In this document: piece after piece, positions 47,556 to 57,893 of the stretch | Numbering within the stretch: the first letter of the stretch is position 1 | Layout: each line of letters begins with the position of its first letter | Origin: Candidatus Bathyarchaeota archaeon | GTDB lineage: Archaea > Thermoproteota > Bathyarchaeia > Bathyarchaeales > Bathycorpusculaceae | Direction: 5' to 3' | Length of the DNA: 64,000 bases | NCBI GenBank assembly: GCA_963715865.1 | Contig: OY970280.1 | Span: 576,001-640,000, forward strand | Made by a program: the position numbers and the translations under genes | Notes under the pieces: generated by a model | Told to the model about the DNA's origin: nothing | The model's input: the letters and a program-made list of their open reading frames with translations, nothing else | The model's database searches: none

Positions 47556-48314
47556 CTACTCTTTTCTACTTGCGTTTTGTATCAGTGTTTTCCATTTGTT
47601 TTGTCCTTCTATCTGTATGCCACATGCTTCTGCAGGTGTTTTGCCATCTAAGCCTTCATGTGGTCTAAAATAGTTGTGGTAAAGTTGGTATCCTTGAAGG
47701 ATAGGCGTGTCATCTTTTTTGAGTCCACGCATGACCTTTTCCCTATCTCTGACTTCTCCGTTCATGCGTTCCATTTTGTTGTTGTTGTGGTCGCCTTTTA
47801 GAGTGATGTGTCTGATATGCTTGGTTTGTGGAAGTCCGAGGGTACGGAACTCTTTTTTGTAAGCGTCATGGTAAGATGGTAAACCGTCAGTTATGAAAGT
47901 TAAAGGCTTTTTTCCCGTTACCTCTTTAGACATGCGTAACAGGTTTCTTGCGTCATGCCTATCTTTAGATTCAGCTACTTCTTGTGCAATCCAGAACCTT
48001 GTTTCATCATCCATCATAGCGAAAAGATACTTCATGTTGCCGTTGATTTTAATGTATAATTCGTCTGCTCTCCATGTGTCGCTTACGTTTGGCTTTACTT
48101 TCTCAAGGTACTTGTTCATTAATGCGATGTACTTGTTTATCCACTTGGCAACTGCTACATGGCTAACTTTTACGCCTTGAAGTTTAAGGAATTTTTGAAC
48201 GTTTCTTAATGATTCTCCTGTGAAGTAAAGTTGCATTGCAGAAGTGATAATTTGCGGTGAAACTCTCATGCCTTCAAAACCCAAGTTAAAAGTGAAACGC
48301 TTAATCCTCTTCAT
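47556..48314 (-). mobile_element. IS6-family (IS240-type DDE) transposase, probably 5'-truncated
   Basis: WRADELYIK, AMMDDETRF, ITDGLPSY, NNKMERMNGEVR. Confidence 0.85.
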
Positions 48315-48512
48315 TATCGACGCAAATATTTTATTAGATTCATAATTAATTAAGAATTATTTACATTCGGAATCTAAACTAGAAATTAAAAAAGAAATAT
48401 ACAGATAATTGCCAAAATAATGAGCCAACATAATTTCCGATAAAACTTTAAATTCTGCTTAGGTCAGAGAAAAGGTACGAACCAGCTTCAATCCAGAGTT
48501 GGTTTTTCATTT

Positions 48513-48628
48513 GCCGGGGTCTCCTAGCCAGGCAGGGAGCAAGCCTGGAGATGCTTGCAGAAAAGCAAGCACCAAGCAGCTTGTGGCCTCTCGGGGCCGC
48601 GGGGGTTCAAATCCCCCTCCCGGCGCCA
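48513..48628 (+). tRNA. tRNA-Ser(GGA) with a 27-nt intron at canonical position 37/38 (48551-48577)
   Basis: Acceptor GCCGGGG/TCCCGGC, long variable arm, discriminator G, encoded CCA; intron stem TGCTTGC/GCAAGCA. Confidence 0.92.
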
Positions 48629-49016
48629 CCATAATAATCTCGCCCCTATGGCGGTGTTATGCATTGTTTTCGTCTCCTGAAGATTTTGTCGTCGCTAAAC
48701 TCGCAAACGTATTCGAATCCAGCTTCACGCGGCGTCGATTTCAAGTTTTTCTTTAGCGGCAAATTGTAGACGCACCATAAAAGCCAAAATCACACAGGCA
48801 TTAATTTCAGGAATGCTGCATAATGCGACGTCTATTTATGAAAATGGTTCTTGGTGGGCTACTTAGGTTAGAACCCACGTTTAGATGCACGGTGTTAAGA
48901 AACTACGTGAGAACTACAAAATGGCAAAACAATCAATGAAAATACCGACTAAATTCGGGAGTACCAATGCCATTTGGGAAATTGCTTAAAATCACGACTT
49001 AACATATGTCCTCCAT

Positions 49017-49343
49017 TTGAGAAGGTCTTTAATGGCTGTTAACGTGCGCCAATTAAAATATCTACTCGGATGGTTAATCGCAGGATCAAGAGGCGGTCCG
49101 ATGCGTGCCAAAATGATTGAGATCCTAAAGGAGACCCCGCAAAACGCAAATCAGCTAGCAACCATACTGAAAGTTGATTACAAGACAATACGGCATCATA
49201 TTGAAGTTCTCGAAAAGAACAATATGATTACTTCAGCTGGAGGAGTTGGAGGAAGGTATGGAATCACATACTTCCTATCACCAGCGTTGGAGGAGAATTA
49301 CGCCTTGTTTGAGGATATTCGGAAAAGAATGTGGCAAAAGTAG
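49017..49343 (+). CDS. ArsR-family wHTH regulator
   Basis: GSRGGPMRAKMIE...NANQLA...DYKTIRHHIEVL. Confidence 0.85.
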   Translation: MRRSLMAVNVRQLKYLLGWLIAGSRGGPMRAKMIEILKETPQNANQLATILKVDYKTIRHHIEVLEKNNMITSAGGVGGRYGITYFLSPALEENYALFEDIRKRMWQK

Positions 49344-49361
49344 AAAAGAGGGAAAAGCAAC

Positions 49362-49802
49362 ATGAAGAAACGTATGCACAAGAACTTAAAAATAGTGTTA
49401 GTGCTGGTCATCTTGATAGTTGTGGCTTTAGATGCAGCCCTTTGGGCTGCGTACACGTTTTATAAGCCATTTAACCCTTTAAGCCCATTGCCGCCGCCTA
49501 ATAGTAATCCTGGTGATCTTGAGGTGTTTTACGCAGCGGAAGCTGTGGTTTCCTCTCTTAACATAGCGCTTCTGGTTTTTCTTCTCATCACGAATGCCGA
49601 CATGTTTAGGAAGACACGATCCAAGTTCACGTTTGGATTGTTGATTTTCTCAACGGCTTTTCTCTTCAAGGATCTAACGTCCAGTCCTTTGGTGATTTGG
49701 GTCTTCGGTTACCACCAAGAGGGTCTAGGTCCATTTGCGTTGTTGCCAGACTTGTTCGAGTTGGTAGTGTTGTGCGTGCTACTGTACCTCAGCTTCGAAT
49801 AA
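49362..49802 (+). CDS. Membrane protein
   Basis: Four hydrophobic segments; co-oriented with the ArsR gene. Confidence 0.7.
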   Translation: MKKRMHKNLKIVLVLVILIVVALDAALWAAYTFYKPFNPLSPLPPPNSNPGDLEVFYAAEAVVSSLNIALLVFLLITNADMFRKTRSKFTFGLLIFSTAFLFKDLTSSPLVIWVFGYHQEGLGPFALLPDLFELVVLCVLLYLSFE

Positions 49803-50174
49803 TAGGAACTTCTCTTCCTTAATGGTCAATGAAACGGGCACCACCTTAAAGATTTAACGAGTGATATTCTGGGATTTCGTTTCCCCAATACGTGTCTGCG
49901 CCGGAAAAACCTTTTGAGAGCTGGTGTCGTTTGCTCTGTGTTGGCATCTGAATCTGAGTCTGTGATGATAGTTACATCGGTCTCGTATGACGTTTAGAGA
50001 ACACGAGGCAATTAGGGCGACAACTCAGTCGGCTGCAAAGCATTCTGGACTTAATGTTGCTGAATTTGGAGTTGAGTTGGGATTAATTTAGAAGAGAATG
50101 GGTTTCAATTTTGAAAAATCGTTTAATAACGGATTGGGCAAGTGTGTTGTCAGATAAAAAGGAGGCGAAGAAAA

Positions 50175-50726
50175 ATAGAAAGAAAAACCGCGGCTTTGAC
50201 TCTACTACTAATAACAGCATGCGCCGCAATCATCGGAGGCTTCATAATGACGGCACATGCAACCGACACAAATTCAACCACGACTTCAAGCATAAGCTCT
50301 ACAACAGCCATCACTTCGGGCAGCAATGCAAATAACCCTCAGCTATGGGGAATGAGCGGTATGAATACAGGTGACCAGGGATTCGGCGGACCAATGGGGT
50401 CAGGAAGAGGCCAAGGAGGATTCATGGGCGGCATGGGCAACATCGAAGTCAGCTCAGAATACACAGCCAACGTAACCGCCATACTCAACAATGACACAGA
50501 CGTGCAGAACCTAATCTCACAAGGCTACAACGTAACATCAATCAACCCAATAGTCAAGAACGTCATCGAGGGTGACGGAACAATCGCCACACAAGCAACC
50601 ACTGCGATAGTTACGCTCCAAAACGGCACGTCTGGATATGCAACTGCCTACGTGGACGTCGAGCAGGCAAAAGTCACTCAAATAGTCATCATCACAAGAA
50701 CTGTAATTGACAAGACCACCGGCTAA
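50175..50726 (+). CDS. Secreted hypothetical protein; possible ATA start
   Basis: GGAGG at 50161-50165, in-frame ATA at 50175, signal peptide, Gly/Met-rich linker. Confidence 0.6.
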   Translation: MERKTAALTLLLITACAAIIGGFIMTAHATDTNSTTTSSISSTTAITSGSNANNPQLWGMSGMNTGDQGFGGPMGSGRGQGGFMGGMGNIEVSSEYTANVTAILNNDTDVQNLISQGYNVTSINPIVKNVIEGDGTIATQATTAIVTLQNGTSGYATAYVDVEQAKVTQIVIITRTVIDKTTG

Positions 50727-51217
50727 ACCAAAAAAGCGAATATGCAACATAGAAACAATGCCATAAGACGGGGAAGCCAAAGGGCTATCCCACTCTTCAA
50801 CTTTTCTTGTTTATGAATGCTAACTACGTAAAAACGAAGTTGGGGCTGAGAAGGATCTGGTTAATTACGATTACTAAATCAGTATCGTGATAGCGCATTT
50901 GCATTTGCGTTCTTTTCTCCTTAAAAGTGTTCCAGAGCCTCAGCAAACCCTCTTTCTTCAGAGCCACTTTTCTCGGTTAAGAACTAGTTGCAGTGGACCG
51001 AGGAACAAGCTGCCTTTCGCAACAAATCCGGCGCCAGCTTTTTATAAATTCAAAAACTTTAATGATGGTTCGCCAATACTTTGAATGTTCTTGCGCAATA
51101 TTCTGTATACTGCTCTTTCATAATGCACGGTTAGATGCTCACCTTCATAACTAATAATCTTCCTCATCATTTCGACTGAAAATCACGGTTCCTTCTTTCC
51201 AAAAATGTAATTTGTAG

Positions 51218-51323
51218 TGCTCCGGCCGGGATTTGGACCCGGGTCCGCGACTCGAGAGGCCGCTATACATAGCCCCTTAATAAGAAGCCTTAGTAAGGTT
51301 TGACCGGACTATACTACCGGAGC
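51218..51323 (-). tRNA. tRNA-Glu(CTC) with a 31-nt intron at non-canonical position 21/22 (51269-51299)
   Basis: Acceptor GCTCCGG/CCGGAGC, anticodon loop CTCTCGA; central helix GGUC/GGCU, bulges AA^A and AU^G, intron stem CCUUA/UAAGG; T-loop reads TCCAAAT. Confidence 0.9.
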
Positions 51324-51404
51324 ATTCGGAAGATGGTTCTCTCTTAGAGATAAATATCTTTTTATGCGTTTAGACTGTGCAAGCAATCCATTTTCTTTGA
51401 AAGC

Positions 51405-51758
51405 TTATGTTTCATCGTCTACGTTTAAGAAACGCTTTATGGCTGCTACAATTTCCTGCAATCCTTTCTCTGTTAAAGGCGGCTCATAGGGAATTCTGAG
51501 CACATCCCAGCCTTGAGCTGTCAAAAGATCAAAGATTTCCTCATCATGCTGTTGCTGTTTATCGCTTGAATGCACTTGCACGCCGTCTAAGTAAACGATT
51601 TTCCGCTTGTTCACCCAGCAAAAGTCGGGAATCGTTGATTTTAGAACAATTGTTTTTTGCGTCACCATACCGCTGGTTAACCCAGCTATGCTCAGTGCTT
51701 TGAATACTTCGATTTCTGCTTTGCTGACTTTAGGATGCATGTTTCTTTTATAGCTCAA
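51405..51758 (-). CDS. DUF559/Vsr-like PD-(D/E)xK endonuclease
   Basis: IPDFCW...IVYLDGVQVH...QGWDVLRI. Confidence 0.75.
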   Translation of the reverse strand: MSYKRNMHPKVSKAEIEVFKALSIAGLTSGMVTQKTIVLKSTIPDFCWVNKRKIVYLDGVQVHSSDKQQQHDEEIFDLLTAQGWDVLRIPYEPPLTEKGLQEIVAAIKRFLNVDDET

Positions 51759-52426
51759 TTTGGCCCCCGAGAATTAGCATTGCATCTAACCCTTAATAAA
51801 TTCTATACAAAAAAGCAACAAAACTGCTTATCAAGCAGTAACCAAAAATAGGCTTGACGGATCGCCACTGTTAACCCAAGGCGCGAATCAAAAAGAGCAC
51901 CTGAATTGTCAGGGTGGTAATCCGCGTCTCGTTTAACTGCTGACCCGCCAAGCATGGGTGTACCTCTTGGATGGCTATTTCTCGCAAGATAACAACTCTT
52001 CGCCAAGTATAAATGGAATTGTGACTGTGCAATAACAGCAACAAGCATATGCTAACTTCTATAAGACCACTTACCAAAAAGTCCTAATTTATTAAAAAAA
52101 GAATACTTACTTTTTAATTACACAGTTTTTAATGCCAAAAATCATCAAAATAATTTATCTAAAAATGAAACGTTCCCATTCTGGAAGTTTTCCTTTCTTC
52201 AATCGCCCTTTGCATTCCAATCCAGTACAAACTCCACCCGAAAATAAAGATGAAGGCGAATGCTGGGAGAAGAATCAATCTTACGGCTTTGTAGCGTTTA
52301 TAGGCAGTTTTAGGAAATGCCACCAGTGCACCCGACTACTCAATAACTGAGCAACAAAATTTAAGCTTTTGCTTGGGAAAGCAACTTTAATGAAAAAATG
52401 ACAACTTGCTGTCTTTGCGTTGATGT

Positions 52427-54844
52427 TTAATCTTCGATTTTTTTCTCTTGAATTTGGAAAGGAGGATATTCTTTGAGTTTCTCTGCCATTTCTCTAAGTT
52501 GCTTGTCGACAAGGTAATTTACTGTTCCTTCCTCAAAAGTTCCATCTGCTCGTCGTTCACCAGCTTTGGTGCCTGTGACAACCTCTATGCCTTCGGCGAT
52601 AGTTTTAACAGAGTAAATGTTAAATTGTCCAGCCTTAACCGCCTCCACGACTTCCTCTTTCAGCATTAAGTTTTGCACGTTGCTTTCCGGTATCATCACG
52701 CCTTGCTGTCCAGTAAGTCCCTTTAGCTTGCAGACTTCAAAGAAACCTTCGATTTTCTCGTTTACTCCGCCTATGGCTTGAACTTCACCTTTCTGGTTAA
52801 CTGAACCGGTTACTGCTATGTTCTGCTTTATTGGAAGCCCAGAGAGCGCTGATAAAATCGCGTACAATTCGGTGCTTGAAGCGCTGTCACCTTCGACTCC
52901 TTCGTAATTCTGTTCGAAGACAAGCCTTGCGGAGAGGCTTAACGGTTTATCTCTGGCGTATTTGTCATTTATGTAGCCACTGAGGATTAAGACGCCTTTG
53001 GTGTGTATGGGTCCGCCCATTTTAGCTTCTCTTTCAATATCGATTACTCCTTCTCTGCCTAAGCCTATGCTTGCTGTTACGCGTGAGGGGTTGCCGAAGG
53101 CGAAGTCGCCTAGTCCCATAACGGATAAGCCGTTTACTTGCCCAACTTTCTCTGCGATTGTGTCTATTAGGAAAAATCCGCGCTCGATCATTTCTTGAAT
53201 TTTTTCTTGGATTAGTTTTGAGCGGTAAATTTTTTCTTCTATTGCTTTCTTGACATGATTTCCGTTTATAAACTCAGCATTTTCCTGCGACGCGTAGTAG
53301 TTGGATTCGCGAATTATGTCAGCAATATAGGAGAACTGCGTTGATAGCTTGTATTGGTCTTCTGCAACCCTTGAGCTGTACTCTACTAGTTTAGCTAATC
53401 CTGAGCCGTCGAGGTGTTTGAGGTGTTCTTTTTCGCATAGCATGCAAACGAAAGCGGCGTACTGCTTAACTTTTTCATCAGTTCTATCCATTACTGTATC
53501 GAATTCTGCTTTTACCTTGAAAAGTTCTTTGAAATCAGTATCCAATCCGAATAGCATTTGGTAAATGTAGGGATTTCCAATCAGGATTACTTTGGCTGTT
53601 AAAGGAATGGGCTGGGGTTTAAGGGTTTTAACACTGAGGAAACCATAACGTTCTTCAGGTTCCTCTATAACCAAGTTTCCGTCTCTGAGGTCTCTTTTTA
53701 AGCCATCATACGAGAACGGGTTTCGGAGTAATTCTTCAACTGGAATAATTAAGTATCCACCGTTAGCTTTGTGTATGGATCCTGCCCGGATCATTGTGAA
53801 GTCTGTGGTTAGAGCGCCAAACTGAGCTTCCTTCTCTGTTTTACCAAGAAGGTTAGGGTAAGTAGGGTTGGTTTCCACAACTACAGGTGCACCTTTAGTA
53901 TCTGAGTTATCAATGACGACGTTTACCTCGTATTTCTTGAAGGGTTCCTCTTTCATCCAAGGCATTTGAAATGGAAGTTGCTGTTGGGATTCGCCTCTTT
54001 TAATAAACTGTTGCAGATTGTCCAGAATGTCATTTTGTACGTCTTTCAGGTAGGTTGTTACTTCTGGGGTGTCTTTGTACTTCTCGATGAGGCTTTCCAC
54101 TTGGTTGCCAATGGCGTAGAGGGCAACTTCCTTGTTTAGTTTCTTTAATGCCTCGTGAATTTTTCTCTCCATGTCTATTAGTTGCCTCATTGTGTTTCTG
54201 AATTCCGTTTCCAACTTTTCCCTTTTTTCTTGGAGTTTATCCTTCATTTTTTGAGGCAATGCTAACATTTCTTCTTCACTGAGCGGTTTGCCATCTAACA
54301 CTGGAATAAGTAGCAGGCCAATGGGTGTTGTTTGAATTACAAAGCCTTCCCGCTGAGCCTTTGCGCTTAATTCGTCAATTAACTGTTTTCTTTGATTTTC
54401 CAACCCTCGAATTGTGGCTTCTCTTCTTGCAGCGTAATCTTCACTTTCAAAAGCTTTAGGAAGCGCATTCCGAACAACATTTTCAATAAAATTTTTCATA
54501 TCATCTCTAAATTCTTTCCCTTTTCCAGCGGGCAACTTAATCGCTTTTGGCTCATACGGATTAGCAAAATTATTGACATAACACCAGTCGGGTGGAACTG
54601 GCTGAACTTTAGCTTGCGCTTCTACGAAGTTTTTAACCGCGGTTTTTCTGCCTGTTCCAGGGTAACCTGCAACATACATGTTGAAACCGTGGTCTTTGAT
54701 GCCTAAGCCAAAATTTAAAGCTCGAACGGCTCTTTCTTGACCTATAATTTCGCTTAGAGGAACAAGGTTCTTGGTTGATTCGCACTGCATAAAATTAGCA
54801 TCACATTCTCTTCGGAGCTTTTCTACTGGCAACTTGTTTATCAT
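52427..54844 (-). CDS. Lon-like ATP-dependent protease (S16, LonC/AAA_32 type)
   Basis: IIGQERAV, GSIHKANGG, GDSASSTE (Ser), AIGGVNEKIEG (Lys). Confidence 0.92.
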   Translation of the reverse strand: MINKLPVEKLRRECDANFMQCESTKNLVPLSEIIGQERAVRALNFGLGIKDHGFNMYVAGYPGTGRKTAVKNFVEAQAKVQPVPPDWCYVNNFANPYEPKAIKLPAGKGKEFRDDMKNFIENVVRNALPKAFESEDYAARREATIRGLENQRKQLIDELSAKAQREGFVIQTTPIGLLLIPVLDGKPLSEEEMLALPQKMKDKLQEKREKLETEFRNTMRQLIDMERKIHEALKKLNKEVALYAIGNQVESLIEKYKDTPEVTTYLKDVQNDILDNLQQFIKRGESQQQLPFQMPWMKEEPFKKYEVNVVIDNSDTKGAPVVVETNPTYPNLLGKTEKEAQFGALTTDFTMIRAGSIHKANGGYLIIPVEELLRNPFSYDGLKRDLRDGNLVIEEPEERYGFLSVKTLKPQPIPLTAKVILIGNPYIYQMLFGLDTDFKELFKVKAEFDTVMDRTDEKVKQYAAFVCMLCEKEHLKHLDGSGLAKLVEYSSRVAEDQYKLSTQFSYIADIIRESNYYASQENAEFINGNHVKKAIEEKIYRSKLIQEKIQEMIERGFFLIDTIAEKVGQVNGLSVMGLGDFAFGNPSRVTASIGLGREGVIDIEREAKMGGPIHTKGVLILSGYINDKYARDKPLSLSARLVFEQNYEGVEGDSASSTELYAILSALSGLPIKQNIAVTGSVNQKGEVQAIGGVNEKIEGFFEVCKLKGLTGQQGVMIPESNVQNLMLKEEVVEAVKAGQFNIYSVKTIAEGIEVVTGTKAGERRADGTFEEGTVNYLVDKQLREMAEKLKEYPPFQIQEKKIED

Positions 54845-54938
54845 TTCAAAATCCCTTCATTAAACTTACAAAACTAATATAGCTTTTAATTTGCTTAGTA
54901 ATTAAGTTTCTGTTGGCTAATTTTCCAGTGGTGTCTAA

Positions 54939-55499
54939 TCAGGGACTATCCTTATTATTCAGTTGGATGAAGCATTTGATTAATTCAGGATTTCTTACTT
55001 CTGGATGAAAAAGCATACCATAAATTGGCTTGATTTTATGCTTAATGATTTGGATGCACTTTGCTGATTTTGCCCAAACCTCAAAATCCGCTGAAGACTC
55101 GACGCAATAGCTATGAAGTGAGTAAGCCTTGAACTCTCCAGAGAAAAGGGGATTTTCCTTTAGCGTAGTTATCTGTGTCATGCCTATTTCCAAACACTTA
55201 ATCAAGCGCATACCGAAAACCACGCCTATCGTTTCCATACCTGCACAGATGCATAGCACTGGTTTTTCAGTTCCCTTGACCCAGGGGAACTTTTCTGGCT
55301 GACTTAAAGTCGCTGTATCCTTGAGTGCTGTTCCTGAAAGAATAATCCTGTCACATCGACTTAGGTCTTCATTGGTTACTTCAAGATAATGTTTTACCAT
55401 GCAATTGTCCAGTGTTTCAGCAATCGTGACTATGGGTAAGACAAACTCGTAAAAGCCCAGCGAATTCTTCTTCCAATTCATGTCAACAATTAAAATCAT
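54939..55499 (-). CDS. Class I glutamine amidotransferase
   Basis: IILSGT, LCICAG, FHPE. Confidence 0.85.
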   Translation of the reverse strand: MILIVDMNWKKNSLGFYEFVLPIVTIAETLDNCMVKHYLEVTNEDLSRCDRIILSGTALKDTATLSQPEKFPWVKGTEKPVLCICAGMETIGVVFGMRLIKCLEIGMTQITTLKENPLFSGEFKAYSLHSYCVESSADFEVWAKSAKCIQIIKHKIKPIYGMLFHPEVRNPELIKCFIQLNNKDSP

Positions 55500-56176
55500 T
55501 TCGAAACCAGCCGAGCTTGCTTAATCCTGAACACTCCAGAATTCCCCTTTGCTTCGGTACTATAATCAAGGACGTCGATTTTCTTTTTGAACAGAGGCGC
55601 GTCTAAAACTGTCGTCTCAATTTCACCCCCTTCTCCTGAGGGGCTCAAACCGTATTTTTGCTGAAGGTCAACTAGCCTTTCTATTAGCTGGGTGTCGATT
55701 TGTTTTCCAAGCCATTTTTCGTCAAGGGGGTAAGCGAAAACTCCTGAAATAATCACTTTGAACTGTTTCTTTAGCAGTTCCTCTAAAAGGGCTTTCTGGT
55801 CGTGTTTCCACAGTGGGTTAAAGCACCAAAGTCCAAGCCGATTACATATGCGTTGGACGCGTTCGGCTTGGTAAACTGATTCCACTGCGCCCGTTACAAT
55901 GCCCTCTATCTGGAATTTCCTTGCTGCCTCAGCGATTGCATCTTCTAGGTCTGAGAGTTCTTTTTCCTTTTCGCCTTCAGTTGTCTTTGTTATTTGGGGC
56001 AATCCTAAGGCTTCTGCTTGGAGTGCCGTAATGTCGATATTTGGGGTATGGAACATGTAGCTTTCCTTGTTTTTCGAGAGTATTGTGATGAGGCATACGA
56101 CTTCTTCTTTCTCCGCGGCTAAGAGAAGAGCAAGTGTTGAGTCTTTGCCGCCTGAGAACAGAACCCCTAATCGCAT
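55496..56176 (-). CDS. dph6: Diphthine-ammonia ligase family
   Basis: LFSGGKDS, SYMFH, GEGGEIET. Confidence 0.88.
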   Translation of the reverse strand: MRLGVLFSGGKDSTLALLLAAEKEEVVCLITILSKNKESYMFHTPNIDITALQAEALGLPQITKTTEGEKEKELSDLEDAIAEAARKFQIEGIVTGAVESVYQAERVQRICNRLGLWCFNPLWKHDQKALLEELLKKQFKVIISGVFAYPLDEKWLGKQIDTQLIERLVDLQQKYGLSPSGEGGEIETTVLDAPLFKKKIDVLDYSTEAKGNSGVFRIKQARLVSK

Positions 56177-56232
56177 GGCTACTTTAAAAAAGAAAACTGG
56201 CTTATATGCCTGCTTGAAAGAGAGTTTTTAGC

Positions 56233-57427
56233 TTAAACTTTCACGTTGCAAACGTTCGTGATTGCTTTGAGCTTTTTTATTATTTCTGGGCTAACTTTTT
56301 TGTGAAGCACGTAAACTGATATGGCGAAGCCGCTGTTTCCTATTTGCCTTGAATAGTTGGCTCTTATGTTTATGTCGTTGTCAGCTAACACCGTGTCAAT
56401 GCTGGCGAAGACTCCTGGCACATCACGGTGGTGAATAAATAAAGTGTAAACTGGTTTTTCTTCCAGCTCTATGCTTTCGCCTGCGTTCACTACATTGGCA
56501 AAGTCTCCGCCTAAAAGATAACCTGAAACTACGCGGGCAATCTCAATTGAAGTTTCCCTTTGAGCGTCAGTTGTTGACGCGCCAAGGTGGCTGCTGAAAA
56601 CCACGTTATCTAACTCTTTGAGTTTGCTCTTAAATTCAGCGCCTTCCGCTTTAGGTTCATCCGCATAAACGTCTAATGCGGCGCCAGCGATTTTTCTTTC
56701 TTTTAATGCTTTGTATAGTGCTTGTTCGTCAACGTTGCTGCCTCTTGAAGTGTTAATTAGGTAAGCGGTTTTCTTCATTAACGCGAATTCTTTTTCGCCG
56801 ACGACTAGGTCTTTTCCGCCTGTATGAATGCTTATGTAATCGGCTTTTGAGAGAACTTCCTCTTTTGACATGAATTTTATTCCTGATTCAAGGCATGGCT
56901 TTATGTCATAACCGATTACTTCCATGTCAAAGCCGCGGCGTGCAATTTCTGCCTAGTCTTTGCCCGATTCTTCCGCAGCCCAAAATGCCCAAGGTTTTAT
57001 AAGACAACTCGGTTCCTTTAAACTTCCCTTTTTTCCACACACTATTTTTTAGTGAATGGTGCGCTTGAGGAGTATTTCTTGAGATGCTTAGCATTAAACC
57101 GATGGTTAACTCTGCCACTGCATTGGTGCTTCCGTATGGGGCAGATTTTACAACTATGCCATTTTCTGAGGCGGCTGCAGCGTCTATGTTGTCGTAGCCT
57201 ACTCCTGCTCTTCCGATGATTTTGAGTTTGCCTTTTGCGCCTGCTTCAAGGACTTCACGCGTAACTTTTGTGGCACTTCGCACGATTAACGCGTCAAACT
57301 GGCCTATTTCCGAGACAAGAGCGTTTAAGTCTCTCTTTTTTGTATCCGTTTCTATGCCAGCTTCTTGGAAGAGTTTTAAGCCTTCTTTTTCTAAACCATC
57401 ATTTAATAGTACCTTCACTTTAGCCAA
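56233..57427 (-). CDS. serA: Second phosphoglycerate dehydrogenase with a C-terminal ACT domain, split by one extra G near 56,951
   Basis: GCGRIGQRL/AEIARRGFDMEVIGYD is restored by deleting one G in CTAGGCAG; ACT motif HRDVPGV. Confidence 0.85.
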
Positions 57428-57523
57428 CTCCTTTCAGTGGTTATTGAGGTTGGAGATTTAAGTTGATTGGCACCGAGAATATTAAATCTTCTAGAAACCT
57501 GAAAATTTTGCCCTATTGCACGG

Positions 57524-57805
57524 TTAAGCTTTGTTTTTCAGGGCTGGGATTGGTTTGCTAATTCTGGTGGATGCTATGTTAAAGGTTGATAATTTATGAC
57601 AGTAGGGGCAATGAAGGCGCCGTTTGTTTCCATAAAGTAGCGAGGTTAAGGTGGCTCCCGGAACCCAATGGAAATTAAACTGTTTTCTGCAGTTTGGGCA
57701 GGTAAGCCTTGAGGTGTAATGTGGCCCATATCTGGGAAGTAGAATGAATAATACTATGAAACCTATAACGATTATTGGGCTTAGAATGTATAGAATGTCT
57801 ACCAT
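57524..57805 (-). CDS. Membrane-anchored zinc-ribbon protein
   Basis: TM helix, CPNC and CPYC. Confidence 0.65.
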   Translation of the reverse strand: MVDILYILSPIIVIGFIVLFILLPRYGPHYTSRLTCPNCRKQFNFHWVPGATLTSLLYGNKRRLHCPYCHKLSTFNIASTRISKPIPALKNKA

Positions 57806-57893
57806 GGTTTTCCAGTCTCAAATGAAATATGTGGGTTTATTAACGTTTAGGCTTGGCTAAAGAATTTCTGGCAAGTGAAAAGGAAAAGAGGGC

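Noticed and set aside
56925-56960. serA split as a programmed frameshift or intron
   Set aside because: A single extra G in CTAGGCAG restores LAEIARRGFDM; no slippery heptamer or BHB. Read error or simple mutation.
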